A stretch of DNA of 64,000 nt from NCBI GenBank assembly GCA_963842525.1, contig CAWJGT010000007.1, positions 82,192-146,191 on the forward strand, read 5' to 3'. Both the position numbers and the translations under genes were made by a program. The stretch is from an uncultured Holophagales bacterium (GTDB lineage: Bacteria; Acidobacteriota; Thermoanaerobaculia; Multivoradales; UBA5704). Position 1 is the first letter of the stretch. Each line of letters begins with the position of its first letter. This document shows positions 38,560-49,316 of the stretch, in pieces. The notes under the pieces are model-generated. The model made no database searches, was not told where the DNA came from, and was given only the letters and a program-made list of their open reading frames with translations.

Positions 38560-40425
38560 TCACTCGAAGTCGTGCACCAGCGGCTGGGGGCGGCAGAGCC
38601 AGTAGCCCTGGGCGTAGTCGACGCCGAAATCCTTGAGAGCATCGAGGGTGGGGCGGTTCTCGACCCATTCGGCGATGGTCTGGATGCCCAGGGCGTGGCC
38701 GACTTGGTTGATCGACTCCACCATGGCCCGCTTGACCCGGTCTTCCAGCATGTTCTGGACAAATTCGCCGTCGATCTTCAGGAAGTCGACCGACAGGTCC
38801 CGCAGGTAGTTGAACGACGAGAGGCCGCTGCCGAAGTCGTCGAGGATGACGCGGCAGCCCTTCGCCTTGAGGACCGCGATGAAGTGCATGGCGCTGTCGA
38901 GCTTGCTGATCGCCGCCGTTTCAGTGATCTCGAAGCAGACCCGCCGCGGATCGACCGCTGTCGACTCCAGCTCCTCGATCACGTAGGTCAGGAAGCCGTC
39001 CTCGGAGAGCGCCTGCGCGGAGATGTTCACGGCGAAGAGGACGACGGGGCGCGACACCTCGCGGCGCTGCGCCTCGGCCAGTGCACGGAGGGCGTTCCGC
39101 ACCACCCAGCGGTCGAGCGAGGCGATCAGCCGGTAGCGCTCGGCCGCCGGGAGGAAGGACTGCGGCGTGATCACCTTGCCGTCCGGATCGAGCATGCGCA
39201 GGAAGACTTCGCAGAGCAGCTCGCTGCGGCCGGTGGCGTTGTCCGAGAGCGGCTGGATGAGCTGGTAATAGAGGCGGAAGCGGCGGTCATCCAGAGCGCC
39301 GTGGATGCGATGGATCCACTGCATCTCGCCGTAGCGCTCGGCCACGCCCGTGTCGTCCAGCTCGTGCTCGTGGACCCGGTTCTTGCCGCCGTCCTTGGCC
39401 ATGTAGCACGCGGCGTCCGCCGACGAAAGGACCTGCGGGAGGTCGCCGCTGTTGCTGTCCACCGAGACGAAGCCGATGCTCACCCCGACCTCGAAGACCT
39501 GGTCGCTCCAGCGGAAGCGGAACTCCCGCACGGAGCGCCGGATGTCCTCGGCGATCTGCCGCGCATGGTCGAGCGGGCAGTCCTCCAACAGGACCCCGAA
39601 CTCGTCGCCACCCAGCCGCGCCAGGGTGTCGCTGCGGCGGATGCGCGAGCGCAGCAGGGCGGTGATCTGCTTCAGCATCTCGTCGCCGACCAGGTGCCCG
39701 CAGGTGTCGTTGATGATCTTGAACTCGTCGAGGTCGAGGTAGAGCAGGACGTGGTTGCGCCGCTCGGCGCGCGCGGTGCGGAGGGCCCGCTTGAGGCGGA
39801 TCTCGAACTCGCGGCGGTTGATCAGCCCGGTCAAGGCGTCATGGTTCGCGAGGTAGATCATCTCCCGCTCCATGCGGCGGAGCTGGGTGACGTCCTTGAA
39901 CACCAGCACGACCCCGGTCACACGACCGTGGCGGTCACGGATGGGAGCCGCGGAGTCGCGGACCGAATATTCCTTGCCGTCCGCGCTCACCAGCAGAGCG
40001 TGCCCGGGCGATTCGACGACCCGCACCTCCTCCAGGCAGCGGCTCACCGGATCGCCCAGCGAGGTCCGGGTCACCTCGTCGACCACCTGGAAGACCTCGA
40101 GCACGGGACGGCCCAGGGCCTGTTCCTCGCTCCAGCCCGTGAGCCTCACGGCGACCGGGTTGAGATAGTCGATGTTGCCGTGGGTGTCGGTCCGGATCAC
40201 ACCGTCGCCGATCGAGGCGAGGGTGACCTGGAGGCGCTCGTTCTCGCGCGAGAGGAGCTCGATCTGCCGGAGGAGGCTTTCGACCGCGGGATGCGGCTCG
40301 GCGGGCGGCCGGAGGTCCGGCACCCGGGCCGAAATCCGCATGTCGAGCAGGTCTCTTTCGCGCAGCTCCGCATCGACCGCAGAAGCGGAGTGAGAAAGAA
40401 CGCGGACCGAAGAAACATCACCCAT
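38560..40425 (-). CDS. PAS-GGDEF-EAL c-di-GMP enzyme
   Basis: HDALTGLINR, ARLGGDEF, EVFLRM, LDDFGSGLSS, LKIDG. Confidence 0.93.
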   Translation of the reverse strand: MGDVSSVRVLSHSASAVDAELRERDLLDMRISARVPDLRPPAEPHPAVESLLRQIELLSRENERLQVTLASIGDGVIRTDTHGNIDYLNPVAVRLTGWSEEQALGRPVLEVFQVVDEVTRTSLGDPVSRCLEEVRVVESPGHALLVSADGKEYSVRDSAAPIRDRHGRVTGVVLVFKDVTQLRRMEREMIYLANHDALTGLINRREFEIRLKRALRTARAERRNHVLLYLDLDEFKIINDTCGHLVGDEMLKQITALLRSRIRRSDTLARLGGDEFGVLLEDCPLDHARQIAEDIRRSVREFRFRWSDQVFEVGVSIGFVSVDSNSGDLPQVLSSADAACYMAKDGGKNRVHEHELDDTGVAERYGEMQWIHRIHGALDDRRFRLYYQLIQPLSDNATGRSELLCEVFLRMLDPDGKVITPQSFLPAAERYRLIASLDRWVVRNALRALAEAQRREVSRPVVLFAVNISAQALSEDGFLTYVIEELESTAVDPRRVCFEITETAAISKLDSAMHFIAVLKAKGCRVILDDFGSGLSSFNYLRDLSVDFLKIDGEFVQNMLEDRVKRAMVESINQVGHALGIQTIAEWVENRPTLDALKDFGVDYAQGYWLCRPQPLVHDFE

Positions 40426-40575
40426 GAAGTCATCACCCCCCGACGGAAAGAGTCAGCAAGATCCGCGCCCGGCGTGATTCCGGACCGCCGCAGCTCTGCG
40501 CGAAACGGACGCCCAGCGAACATTCGGTCTCGTCCTTGTAAAAAAAGCTGGTAGTCTGTGGTTTTGAGGGACGGC

Positions 40576-41130
40576 ATGATGAGAACGAGCGCCAAGGCCC
40601 CTGAAGTGGTCGCGGAACCAGGGTGGAGACCGGTCGAGCCGTTCCGGCTCGAAGGTGGGCGAGGCTCGTTCGTGTCGCGGGACCCCGAGGGAGACCGGCT
40701 GCGGGTGAGCTATTTCAAGCGCGCCGGCGACGACCGCCTGGTCGGCCGCGCCTGGTTCGGACCCGGGGCCCAGGGGCCGCCGGGGCATGCGCACGGCGGC
40801 AGCATGGCTTCGGTGCTCGACGAGGCGATGGGTGCAGCCGCCTGGCTCGCGGGCCATCTGGTGGTCGCGGTGCAGCTCAACACGAGCTTCCGGAAGATGC
40901 TCCCGCTCGGCACCGACGCCCGGATGGAGGCCTGGGTCGAGCGGACCGAAGGTCGGAAGGTCTGGACCCGCGGCCGGCTCCTCGGCGACGACGGCGAGCC
41001 GTTCGCCGAGGCCGAAGCGATCTTCATCGAGCTCGATCCCGAGCGCTTCCGGCCGCTCCTCGAAAAGGCCGCCGCGGATCGGGGTATGACGGTGGAGGAG
41101 CTGCTGAAGCCGTCACCGGGCAGGGGGTGA
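40576..41130 (+). CDS. PaaI-family hot-dog thioesterase
   Basis: QGPPGHAHGGSMASVLDEAMG. Confidence 0.85.
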   Translation: MMRTSAKAPEVVAEPGWRPVEPFRLEGGRGSFVSRDPEGDRLRVSYFKRAGDDRLVGRAWFGPGAQGPPGHAHGGSMASVLDEAMGAAAWLAGHLVVAVQLNTSFRKMLPLGTDARMEAWVERTEGRKVWTRGRLLGDDGEPFAEAEAIFIELDPERFRPLLEKAAADRGMTVEELLKPSPGRG

Positions 41131-41133
41131 GGC

Positions 41134-42663
41134 TCAATCCCGCACGGCCGGGGCCAGCAGGCTGAGGTCGGCCAGCTTTTGCTTCTCCGCCAGTGAGATC
41201 AGGTCCTTGATGCCGCCGCCGAAGTGCCAGGCGCGGAAGCCGGCCTCCTGCATCTTCTCGGCGAGCACGGCGCTCTTCAGCCCCACCTCACAGACCAGCA
41301 CGTAGGGACGTTCGCGGTCGAAGGAGGGGTACGCCTCCAGTGCCCGCGGGAAGTCGAGCTGGAGGGAGCCGGGCCAGTGCCAGGACTTGTAGGCGCTCGT
41401 CGAGCGCAGATCGAGGACGGTGGCTCCTTCCGGGACGCGATCCGTCTCGAGCCCGGAAGGCCCGAGGCTCTCCGGCGTGAGGCCGCGCAGGTCGTGGCTC
41501 GTGCAAACCTCGACGAGGCCGTGGAGGAGCCCGGGATCGAGGCCGGCCTCGTCGCGCAGCACATGCTGGAGCGAGGCCTTGGTCGCCGGATGCCGGGACA
41601 CCATGTCGCAGTACTCGCCCACGGCCGAGGCGAGGTCGTAGACCCCTATCTTGCGGGCGAGGTCGAGGATCTCCTCCTTGTTGAAGCCGAGAAGGGGCCG
41701 CAGCACGGGCAGCACGGAGGAGGCCTGGGAGATCACTCCCAGGTTCTGCAGCGTCTGCGACGATACCTGTCCAACGGCCTCGCCGGTGATCACGCCGACC
41801 CGGCCGGTGCGGCGGGCGAGGGCCACGGCGGCGCGGACCATCTGACGCTTGAGCACGATCTGCCAGTGCAGCGGCCGGGTCTTCTCCCGCAGCTCGGCGG
41901 CGATCGGCTGGAAATCCACCTCGTAGAGCCGCGGCCGGGTGCCGTAGCTCCAGAGGTCGGCGACCACCTTCATCACCTTGAGCACGCCGAGCCGGTGCGC
42001 CGCTCCGCCAAGGTTGCAGAAGACGTAATCGACCTGCACGCCGCGCTTGAGCATCAGCCAGCTCGCGACGGCGGAATCGAAGCCGCCCGAGACCAGAGCC
42101 AGGGCGCGCCCCTCGACGCTGATGGGGAGGCCGCCCCAGCCGCGGAACTTGTCGTAGAAGAAGTGGGCGCGGCCGGGGGCTTCGGACGTGCCGGGTTCGA
42201 CCTCGACGTACGCGATCATCTCCGGATCGGCGAGCCGCACCTTGCCCGCCCCGGCGTCGAGCAGGGCGCGGCCGAGCGCCCGCTCGATGTCCAGCGAGTC
42301 GAAGGGGATCTTCCCGCGCTCGCCGCGGCGGGAGGCGCGCACCGCGAAGGTCTTCCCGCGCAGGCTGTCCGCGAACACCGCGACCCCCTCCCGGACCAGA
42401 TCCTCCATCCGCTCCCAGGGCCGGGCGACCACCATGGAGACCGACTGCAGGCCGAAGACCCGGGTCAGCACCTCCGCCGCGCGCTCGTCCGGCGTCGACA
42501 GGTACGACCGGCTCCAGGTCCGGTCGAGCTGGTAGGGGATGTAGTGCGACGAGAGAGCGTCCTGGATGTTCTTCGCCAACCGCTGCTGGAAGCGCAGACG
42601 GGTCTTGCGCGCCTTCGTATAGAAGTCGCCGGAGTGACGGAGGATGAGAAGGTGGTCAGGCAT
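41134..42663 (-). CDS. thiI: tRNA 4-thiouridine synthase with THUMP and rhodanese domains
   Basis: VSGGFDS PP-loop, GEAVGQVSSQTLQN, EYC, C-terminal CEVGLKS. Confidence 0.9.
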   Translation of the reverse strand: MPDHLLILRHSGDFYTKARKTRLRFQQRLAKNIQDALSSHYIPYQLDRTWSRSYLSTPDERAAEVLTRVFGLQSVSMVVARPWERMEDLVREGVAVFADSLRGKTFAVRASRRGERGKIPFDSLDIERALGRALLDAGAGKVRLADPEMIAYVEVEPGTSEAPGRAHFFYDKFRGWGGLPISVEGRALALVSGGFDSAVASWLMLKRGVQVDYVFCNLGGAAHRLGVLKVMKVVADLWSYGTRPRLYEVDFQPIAAELREKTRPLHWQIVLKRQMVRAAVALARRTGRVGVITGEAVGQVSSQTLQNLGVISQASSVLPVLRPLLGFNKEEILDLARKIGVYDLASAVGEYCDMVSRHPATKASLQHVLRDEAGLDPGLLHGLVEVCTSHDLRGLTPESLGPSGLETDRVPEGATVLDLRSTSAYKSWHWPGSLQLDFPRALEAYPSFDRERPYVLVCEVGLKSAVLAEKMQEAGFRAWHFGGGIKDLISLAEKQKLADLSLLAPAVRD

Positions 42664-42731
42664 GGAGTCCCGGCTCGCCGCGGCCGTGGGAGACGGATTC
42701 TAACAGGCCGCGGCGAGCGGGGATCGCCGGC

Positions 42732-43610
42732 TCAGGTGTAGGTGAAGCCGGCGGGCAACGAGCCCTTCTGATGGTCCGGGTTGGCCACCTCGACCGTCAC
42801 AGGCCCGGCGTCGCCGGCGGGGGGCGTCTCGGCGGCCAGGGAGGTTCCCCCGTCCGCCACCTGGACGTTGGTTGCAGCCTGCCCGCCGAACGTCACCGCG
42901 GCTCCCTTCGCGAAGTCCTTGCCGGTGATCGCCACCGGGGTCCCACCCGCCTTGGGCCCCTCCGACGGCGACACGCTCGTGACCGTCGGCGCCGGCCCCA
43001 CCGTGTTCTTTCCCTTGGGTGCCGGGGAGAGGAGGGTCTCGGAGACCTCCTTGAGCTTTTCGACCGCCTGCTCGGTGAACATGCCGATCAGGGCGGCCAT
43101 GGCGGCGAAGCCGAACGGGCTGGTGTCCGAGATCTGCGACTGCGGCGAGAAGAAGCCGCCGCGGACGACCAGGTAGAAGACCGTCGCCAGACAGGCCCCG
43201 AGGACAGGGAGGGTGATGTACATCCCCGCCCAGCTCAGGACCAGCCTGCGGTTGCCGAGGTACCAATAGAAGGAGCGGAGGCTGTGGACGAGGCCTCCGA
43301 GCGCCCCGGAAAACAGGACGATGAGGAAAAGGCGCTCCTCCTCGGACAGGCAGACCGGGAGGAACCAGAAGAGCTTGGCCTCGCTCTGCTCGCCGCACTC
43401 GCCCTGGGCCGCCTGGGCTCCGCCAATCGCGGCGACGGAGCCCGCGGGCGTGTCCTCGCCGCTCGTCTCCCGGTTGGGCGGCCAGAGGACCACCAGGCTA
43501 TGGATAACGATAATGGAGACCAGGACGAAGTAGACCGTGATGACGCTGACTCCGATGGGACCCATCGGCTTGCCGCCGGGGCTCTCTCCCACTTGACCGT
43601 TGCTGGGCAT
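42732..43610 (-). CDS. Membrane protein with a C-terminal IPT/TIG domain
   Basis: GALGGLVHSLRS TM block; PTVTSVSPSEGPKAGGTPVAITGKDF...FTY. Confidence 0.75.
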   Translation of the reverse strand: MPSNGQVGESPGGKPMGPIGVSVITVYFVLVSIIVIHSLVVLWPPNRETSGEDTPAGSVAAIGGAQAAQGECGEQSEAKLFWFLPVCLSEEERLFLIVLFSGALGGLVHSLRSFYWYLGNRRLVLSWAGMYITLPVLGACLATVFYLVVRGGFFSPQSQISDTSPFGFAAMAALIGMFTEQAVEKLKEVSETLLSPAPKGKNTVGPAPTVTSVSPSEGPKAGGTPVAITGKDFAKGAAVTFGGQAATNVQVADGGTSLAAETPPAGDAGPVTVEVANPDHQKGSLPAGFTYT

Positions 43611-43726
43611 CGTGACTCCCTCCTTCGAGCGAGCGTCCGCTCCCTCCATGGGACGGATCGGCCCCGGTTTTCCCACGACGGGATCGCTACTCCGACGATG
43701 TCAGGATTCTAGCAGCAGGCACCGCG

Positions 43727-46657
43727 CTAGGGCCGCCAGACCGCGGTGAGCCACCAGCGGAGGTCGTCGCCGAAGACCTCCTCGGGATAGGGCTCGTCGA
43801 GCACACGGGCGGCTCCGGCGCGCAGGTCGATGCTGGGGAGGCGGCCGATCGGGAAGGGGCCGAACGCCCAGCGGAATTCCAGTCCGGCCAGCGAGAGCCA
43901 GTCGCCTTTCGGAGACCCGTCGAGCCAGAGGCGGTACCGCTCATAGAAGAGGGGGACCGGCAGGAAACCCAACCGCAGCTCGGCGCGCCGCCCTTCGTGC
44001 TCCGAGCCGGTGAGCGAGCCGAAGGGGAGGGCCGGGACCGGGATCAGGCCGGCCGTGGCACTCTCGGGCAGCAGGCTGCTCTCCGTGCCGCCGAGCTGGA
44101 GGAAGTCGGCGGGGTGGAGAGTCCCGCCCATGCCGTCCCTGCGCCAGGAGAGCGCGAGGCCCTCGTCCTCATGCCGGAGCCCCAGGCGCACGGTGCCACG
44201 ATAGCGGCTCCATCCGTCGCCGCTGGTCCTCCCTTCCTCGACGCGAGCGCCGATCCCCGTGGTCAGGCGCCAGTGTCCCCACTGGCGCTGGCCTCTGTAG
44301 TCGGCCGCCAGCGACCCGGACGACCGGCTCAGGTCGATCCCCAGCGCCGGATCGACCTCCTCACGCAGGACCCTCCCGGCAAGGCGCAGCCCGGCTCCGG
44401 CCCACTGCCGATCCCACGCGGCCGAGAGCTCGACACCCCGGCGCTCCAGATCCAGGGTCCGCCGGAGCCGGGAGGGGACAGGATCGCGCTGCTCCGAGGC
44501 GCTCTCTGCGGACTGGAACAGATGGAAGCCCACCTCCACCGGCCATCCGCGCCAGGCGAGCGCGAAGGCTCCCCCCTCCGCCCAGCCATCCTCCGACAGC
44601 GAGCCCAGGAGCAGCCAGTCCAGCCGGCCGACGACGTCGCCGCCCCGGAGACCGATCTCCGAGAGCGACCCGGCCGAGGCGCCGCTCCAGGACAGGAGCG
44701 GCAACAGCTCCTGACGGCCGAAGCCGTACTTCCGGCCCGGAGGCACCTCCGCCAATGCGAACGGCTCCGGCGGCTCCGGGGCCGGCGGACGGATGGCCGG
44801 CGCGAGCCCGGACGGCAAATCCGCCGGAGTCGGGGACAGGCCGGCGAGCACCTCGGGCGTCAGCTCCAGGCGCCGGAGGTCCAGGCCGTCCGGCTCCAGA
44901 GACAGGTAGAACAGGGCTTTGCCGTCCGGCGTCGGGGCCGGCGCCAGGGCGGCGCCCTGGGTGCTGGTGATCCGGACAGGGCTCTTCCCTGGATCATCCG
45001 CAGAAAACGCCCAGACGTCGATGAAGCCGCGATCGCCCACCACGGCCCACACGGTGCGGCCGTCCGGGCTCCAGACCGGGGAGGACACCGTGCCGCCGGA
45101 CGGCGGTGCCGTGGCGGACTCCTCGCCGGACTCCAGGTCGCGGAGGACCAGTTGCCAGGCCCCCTCGCGGTGGCGGGCGAAGGCGACCCGGCGGCCGTCC
45201 GGCGCGAGGCGCGGCCGGTCGTAGACCACCTCGACCGAAGGCTCGGTGACGTCCCGCACCTCGCCGCTCTGCAGGTCGACCCGGACGATCTGGGACATCC
45301 CGTGCCGGTTGCGCACCGCCACGGCCCAGTCCGGATCGGCCGCCACGGGCGAGGGGTCGGGGTCGCGCAGATCGACCGCGCGGGTGAGACGGCGCACGTC
45401 CCCGCTCTCGGGCTCCCAGCGGAAGAGGTCGGGATGGAGGAAGCCTTCCGGGTCAGGCTCGAAACGCACGAACAGGATCGAGCGGCCGCCCGCCATCCAG
45501 CGCGGCGTGGTCGGCTCGATCCCCTGGGGCGCGCCGAGGACGTGGAGCGGCTCGCGAGGCAGGGGCCTCGTCCGCACCGCCGGCACGTCCTCGGGATCGC
45601 GCTCGACGAGCTCCTTGCGCCGCTCCGCCCATTTCTTTTCGGCCTCCTCGTCCGGGCCGGTGGACCAGACGACGAGCCGGGAAGGGCGGTCGCGCTCGGC
45701 GAGCTCGATCACCAGCCGTTGGCCGTCCGGCGAGACCGCGGGGTCGCCGGTGGTCCAGGAAAGGTCCTGCCAGGTGTCCCCTTCCTGGAGCGCACCGGCT
45801 TCGCGGGAGAGGCGCTCGGCCTCCAGCGCCCGCCAGGTCAGCTCGGCGCGGAAGCGATCGTAGAGGTCCTGGGGCGAGTCGCCGAAGACCCCCTCGAAAG
45901 CATCCCCGAAGCTGCGGCTCGACCTGGCGGTCATCCGCGCCCAGAGGCTGCGGAGGCTTCCCGGCCCGGCCCTCTCCTCCAGCCATTCGAGGTAGGCCGA
46001 GCCGAGCAGGTAAGCCATGGACATCCCTCGCCAGCTCTCGGAGTCGGAAGCCAGGCGGCCGTAGCTCGGCAGCTTGCCGGCCTGCGCCCAGCGCCGGAGC
46101 ATGGCCGCACGCAGGTCGCTGTTCGGCCGGCCGGCGCCGGTGAGCGAGCCCTCCACGACAGTCGCGTACCCCTCCATCACCCACCGGGGCGCTCCCAAAG
46201 GGATGGGCCCGACCGGCACCAGGCGCCCGAGCATCTGCCGGACCGGGTTGCGCGACGGCCGCAGCAGGTGGACCAGGTGGGCATCCTCATGGACGATCAG
46301 GACCTCGGCCCAGTCGCGGTAGTGGCCGATCACCGAAGAGGGTCCGGGCGGGCTGGTCCACAACAGCATGCGCGGCCAGCCCAGGAACGGGAAGGCCTGG
46401 CCGTTGGGGTCGGCCACCGGGTCGGAGACGATCACCTCCACCACCTCGGACGGCGCGTAGCCCACCTCGGCGACCACCCGCTCGCGGATCGACTCCAGAC
46501 GCGCCACCGCCCGCTGCGCCCACGCCTCGGAAGGTGCGGGATAGTGCACCCGGAAATGGTCGGTCTCGATCGTCCGCCAGTCCGCGGAAGGTGCCTGGGC
46601 CAGGGCGGGGAGGGGGGCAAGGGTGAGGAGCAGGAGAGCACGGTGCAGTGGTCTCAT
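43727..46657 (-). CDS. Exported metallopeptidase-like / PD40 propeller / putative beta-barrel protein
   Basis: Signal peptide, WRTIETDHF, HEDAH, PRWVMEGYA, SPDG repeats. Confidence 0.7.
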   Translation of the reverse strand: MRPLHRALLLLTLAPLPALAQAPSADWRTIETDHFRVHYPAPSEAWAQRAVARLESIRERVVAEVGYAPSEVVEVIVSDPVADPNGQAFPFLGWPRMLLWTSPPGPSSVIGHYRDWAEVLIVHEDAHLVHLLRPSRNPVRQMLGRLVPVGPIPLGAPRWVMEGYATVVEGSLTGAGRPNSDLRAAMLRRWAQAGKLPSYGRLASDSESWRGMSMAYLLGSAYLEWLEERAGPGSLRSLWARMTARSSRSFGDAFEGVFGDSPQDLYDRFRAELTWRALEAERLSREAGALQEGDTWQDLSWTTGDPAVSPDGQRLVIELAERDRPSRLVVWSTGPDEEAEKKWAERRKELVERDPEDVPAVRTRPLPREPLHVLGAPQGIEPTTPRWMAGGRSILFVRFEPDPEGFLHPDLFRWEPESGDVRRLTRAVDLRDPDPSPVAADPDWAVAVRNRHGMSQIVRVDLQSGEVRDVTEPSVEVVYDRPRLAPDGRRVAFARHREGAWQLVLRDLESGEESATAPPSGGTVSSPVWSPDGRTVWAVVGDRGFIDVWAFSADDPGKSPVRITSTQGAALAPAPTPDGKALFYLSLEPDGLDLRRLELTPEVLAGLSPTPADLPSGLAPAIRPPAPEPPEPFALAEVPPGRKYGFGRQELLPLLSWSGASAGSLSEIGLRGGDVVGRLDWLLLGSLSEDGWAEGGAFALAWRGWPVEVGFHLFQSAESASEQRDPVPSRLRRTLDLERRGVELSAAWDRQWAGAGLRLAGRVLREEVDPALGIDLSRSSGSLAADYRGQRQWGHWRLTTGIGARVEEGRTSGDGWSRYRGTVRLGLRHEDEGLALSWRRDGMGGTLHPADFLQLGGTESSLLPESATAGLIPVPALPFGSLTGSEHEGRRAELRLGFLPVPLFYERYRLWLDGSPKGDWLSLAGLEFRWAFGPFPIGRLPSIDLRAGAARVLDEPYPEEVFGDDLRWWLTAVWRP

Positions 46658-46684
46658 GTTGCTGTCCTCTCCCTCCTGACGATC

Positions 46685-46906
46685 TCACACCTTCTTCGGC
46701 GGCAGGTCGCGGGCCTGCGGTTCGTCCTGGAACCCGTGGTGGTTGTGGCTGCCGTCGCAGAAAGGCTTGTTGGCGGACATGCCGCAGCGGCAGAGCGAGA
46801 CGACCGTGCGGCCGCCGAGCCCATAGGCGTTACCCTGCGGATCGAGCAACTGGACATCCTCCCCTTCCACGCGGAAGGGGCCGTTCTTGAGCACCGTGAC
46901 TTTCAT
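46685..46906 (-). CDS. CDGSH iron-sulfur domain protein
   Basis: LCRCGMSANKPFCDGSH. Confidence 0.92.
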   Translation of the reverse strand: MKVTVLKNGPFRVEGEDVQLLDPQGNAYGLGGRTVVSLCRCGMSANKPFCDGSHNHHGFQDEPQARDLPPKKV

Positions 46907-46961
46907 GTTCTTCCTCCTCTCGTCTGCGCTATCCTACTGACCCCGCCGTCCGCCCGCCATC

Positions 46962-48017
46962 ATGCCCGAAGAGACACCCACAGAATCCGCCGTCCGACGC
47001 TGGGCGGTGACCGTTCTCAAGGTGGGGATCTCGGTCCTGGCGCTCTGGCTCACTTGGCGGCTTCTGGCCGGCATCGACTGGGCCGATCTCGGGCACCGGA
47101 TGGCCGAGGCGCGCTGGGAATTCCTCGTGCTGGGCGTCGTCCTGCTCCTCGCCCGCTACGCCGCCTGGGACTGGCGCTTCCGGCTGGCCTCCGCGCAGGC
47201 GGTAGACCACAGCCCCGGCCCGGTCCTCGGCTTTTTCGTCCTGATGGCCTCGGCGGCCCTCAACCTGATCACGCCGTCGGCGCGCCTGATCGGCGGGCTG
47301 ATGCGGGCGCGCTACTTCGCGCGCTCGACCGGCCGCTCCTTCGGCTTGCTCTACGGCGTGGTGCTCTTCGACCAGGTCGCCCATCACACCGTGATGATCT
47401 CGGCCACCTGGATCGCGGTGATCGCCACGGCGTTCTTCCTCGGCCGCACGCTCCTCGGCGCGGTGGCGCTGGCGGCCCTGCTCGCGGCGGTCGGGACGCT
47501 CGTCTGGTTGAGCCGCCGCAGCGGCTCGTTCGAGGCGAACCCCCTGGTACGTCTCCTGGCCCGGCGGGCCGAGCGGGCCGAGGGCAAGATGCAGCGCCTG
47601 TACGCCCACGGCCATGAGGCGGTGGGAGTCTTCGTCCACCTGCTCGCCAACGGGAGGCTCCGGGTCCAGGCGATCCTCATCGGGACGCTCTATGTCGTCC
47701 TGAACTTCGGGGCCCAGTGGCTGCTCTTCCTGGCGCTCGGGGAGAAGGTACACCCGCTGGTCGTCTTTGCCGGCGTTTCCCTGGGGACCGCGGCGGGGAC
47801 ACTGACCGGCACCCCCGGCGGCCTGGGCACCACCGAGGCCGCCATGGTGGCCTCCTTCGCGGCCTTCGGCGTCGACCGGGTCGACGCCGCCGCCGGCACC
47901 CTCCTCTACCGGGGCCTCCACTACGCAGCGGTCCTGGCGGTCGGCCTGCCGGCCCTGGCGCTGCTCGAGCTGCGGCTGCCCCCGGCGCCCGAGGAGGCCG
48001 CCGAAACTGTCCGCTGA
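46962..48017 (+). CDS. Lysylphosphatidylglycerol-synthase TM-domain (flippase-like) protein
   Basis: TPGGLGTTEA, LLYRG; multiple TM helices. Confidence 0.8.
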   Translation: MPEETPTESAVRRWAVTVLKVGISVLALWLTWRLLAGIDWADLGHRMAEARWEFLVLGVVLLLARYAAWDWRFRLASAQAVDHSPGPVLGFFVLMASAALNLITPSARLIGGLMRARYFARSTGRSFGLLYGVVLFDQVAHHTVMISATWIAVIATAFFLGRTLLGAVALAALLAAVGTLVWLSRRSGSFEANPLVRLLARRAERAEGKMQRLYAHGHEAVGVFVHLLANGRLRVQAILIGTLYVVLNFGAQWLLFLALGEKVHPLVVFAGVSLGTAAGTLTGTPGGLGTTEAAMVASFAAFGVDRVDAAAGTLLYRGLHYAAVLAVGLPALALLELRLPPAPEEAAETVR

Positions 48018-48029
48018 TCCGGAGGAAGG

Positions 48030-49202
48030 ATGACCGACCCCCTGCTGCGCTTCCGCGAGGAATTCCCGGTCACGGAGACCTGCGTCTACCTGAACCATGC
48101 CGCCATGGCGGCGCTGCCGCAGCGGTCGGCCGAACGGATGAAGACCCTGGTCGATACGGTGTCGCGCACCGGGGACCGCCGGTGGCTGGAGCGCAACGCC
48201 GAGGTCGAGCGGGTGCGGGGCCTGGCCGCGCGGCTGCTCGGCGCCCGCGATCCCCGCGAGGTGGCCTTCGTCGAGAACACCTCGGGCGGCCTGTCGCTGA
48301 TCGCCGAAGGGTTCGCCTGGCAGGCGGGGGACAACGTCGTGGGAGCGGACTTCGAGTTCCCCTCGAACGTCTATCCCTGGATGCAGCTCGCCGGCCGCGG
48401 CGTCGAATATCGGCGGGCGCCGGAGCGCGACGGCAGGATCGATCCGGACGAGCTTCTGGCCCTCGTGGACGGCCGCACCCGCATGCTCGTCCTCTCCTCG
48501 GTCCAGTACGCGAGCGGCTTCCGTTCCGACCTCGCCCGGCTCGGCGCCGCCTGCCGCGAGCGGGGCATCCTCTTCGTGGTGGACGCCATCCAGAGCCTGG
48601 GCGGACTGGCGCACGACGTCGAGCGCGAAAACGTGGACGTCCTCGCCGCTGCCGGCCACAAGTGGCTCCTGGGCCCCGAGGGGACCGGCCTCCTCTACGT
48701 CTCCGACCGGGTGGTCGACCGCATCCGCCCCGTCCGCTCCGGCTGGCGCTCGATGCGAGACCAGCTCGACTGGACCGAGTTCCGGATCGACTGGAACGAC
48801 GGAGCCAAGCGCTTCGAGAGCGGGACGCTCAACCCCTACGCCATCGCGGCCCTGGGCGGCTCGCTGGAGATCTTCCTCGAAGCCGGGCCGGACGCGATCG
48901 AGCAACGGGTGCTCGCTTTGGCCAGCCGGGCCGCCGATGGCCTGGCCGCGCAGGGCTTCAACCTCATCAGCTCCCGCCGCCCCGGCGAGACCTCCGGCAT
49001 CGTCGCCGCCCTCCACCCCCGCATCCCAAGCCGCGATCTGGTGAAGAGCCTCGCCGCCCGGGACGTGGTCGTCGCCGAGCGCGCCGGGCGCTTCCGGGTT
49101 GCGGCCCACTTCTACAACACGGAGGCGGAGGTGGACCGGATGCTGGAGGAAGTGCAAGTACAAGAGGCCTCTGGGGAGCCGCGCCAGGATCGGGCTCCGT
49201 AG
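48030..49202 (+). CDS. Class V PLP-dependent aminotransferase-fold enzyme
   Basis: YLNHAA, VVDAIQSLG, AGHKWLLGPEG, HFYNTEAEVD. Confidence 0.88.
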   Translation: MTDPLLRFREEFPVTETCVYLNHAAMAALPQRSAERMKTLVDTVSRTGDRRWLERNAEVERVRGLAARLLGARDPREVAFVENTSGGLSLIAEGFAWQAGDNVVGADFEFPSNVYPWMQLAGRGVEYRRAPERDGRIDPDELLALVDGRTRMLVLSSVQYASGFRSDLARLGAACRERGILFVVDAIQSLGGLAHDVERENVDVLAAAGHKWLLGPEGTGLLYVSDRVVDRIRPVRSGWRSMRDQLDWTEFRIDWNDGAKRFESGTLNPYAIAALGGSLEIFLEAGPDAIEQRVLALASRAADGLAAQGFNLISSRRPGETSGIVAALHPRIPSRDLVKSLAARDVVVAERAGRFRVAAHFYNTEAEVDRMLEEVQVQEASGEPRQDRAP

Positions 49203-49316
49203 CGGTGCCCCGTGCTATCCTGTCATCCGGGAAGAGAAACGCGGAGATCTGCATCCCTTCTTCCTTCAATGCACGATAGGATTTTCCGCCGACACGACTC
49301 TGCAAGGGAGCACGCC

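Noticed and set aside
43997-47617. 1206-aa ORF and other long overlapping ORFs (for example 51891-54731, 21049-23484, 38464-40554)
   Set aside because: These are shadow frames of real genes in high-GC DNA, rich in Arg/Pro/Gly/Ala and without motifs.
48030-49202. Cysteine desulfurase forming a sulfur relay with thiI and the CDGSH protein
   Set aside because: The catalytic Cys loop (RxGxHCA or SSGSAC) is absent; that region reads VAERAGRFRV.
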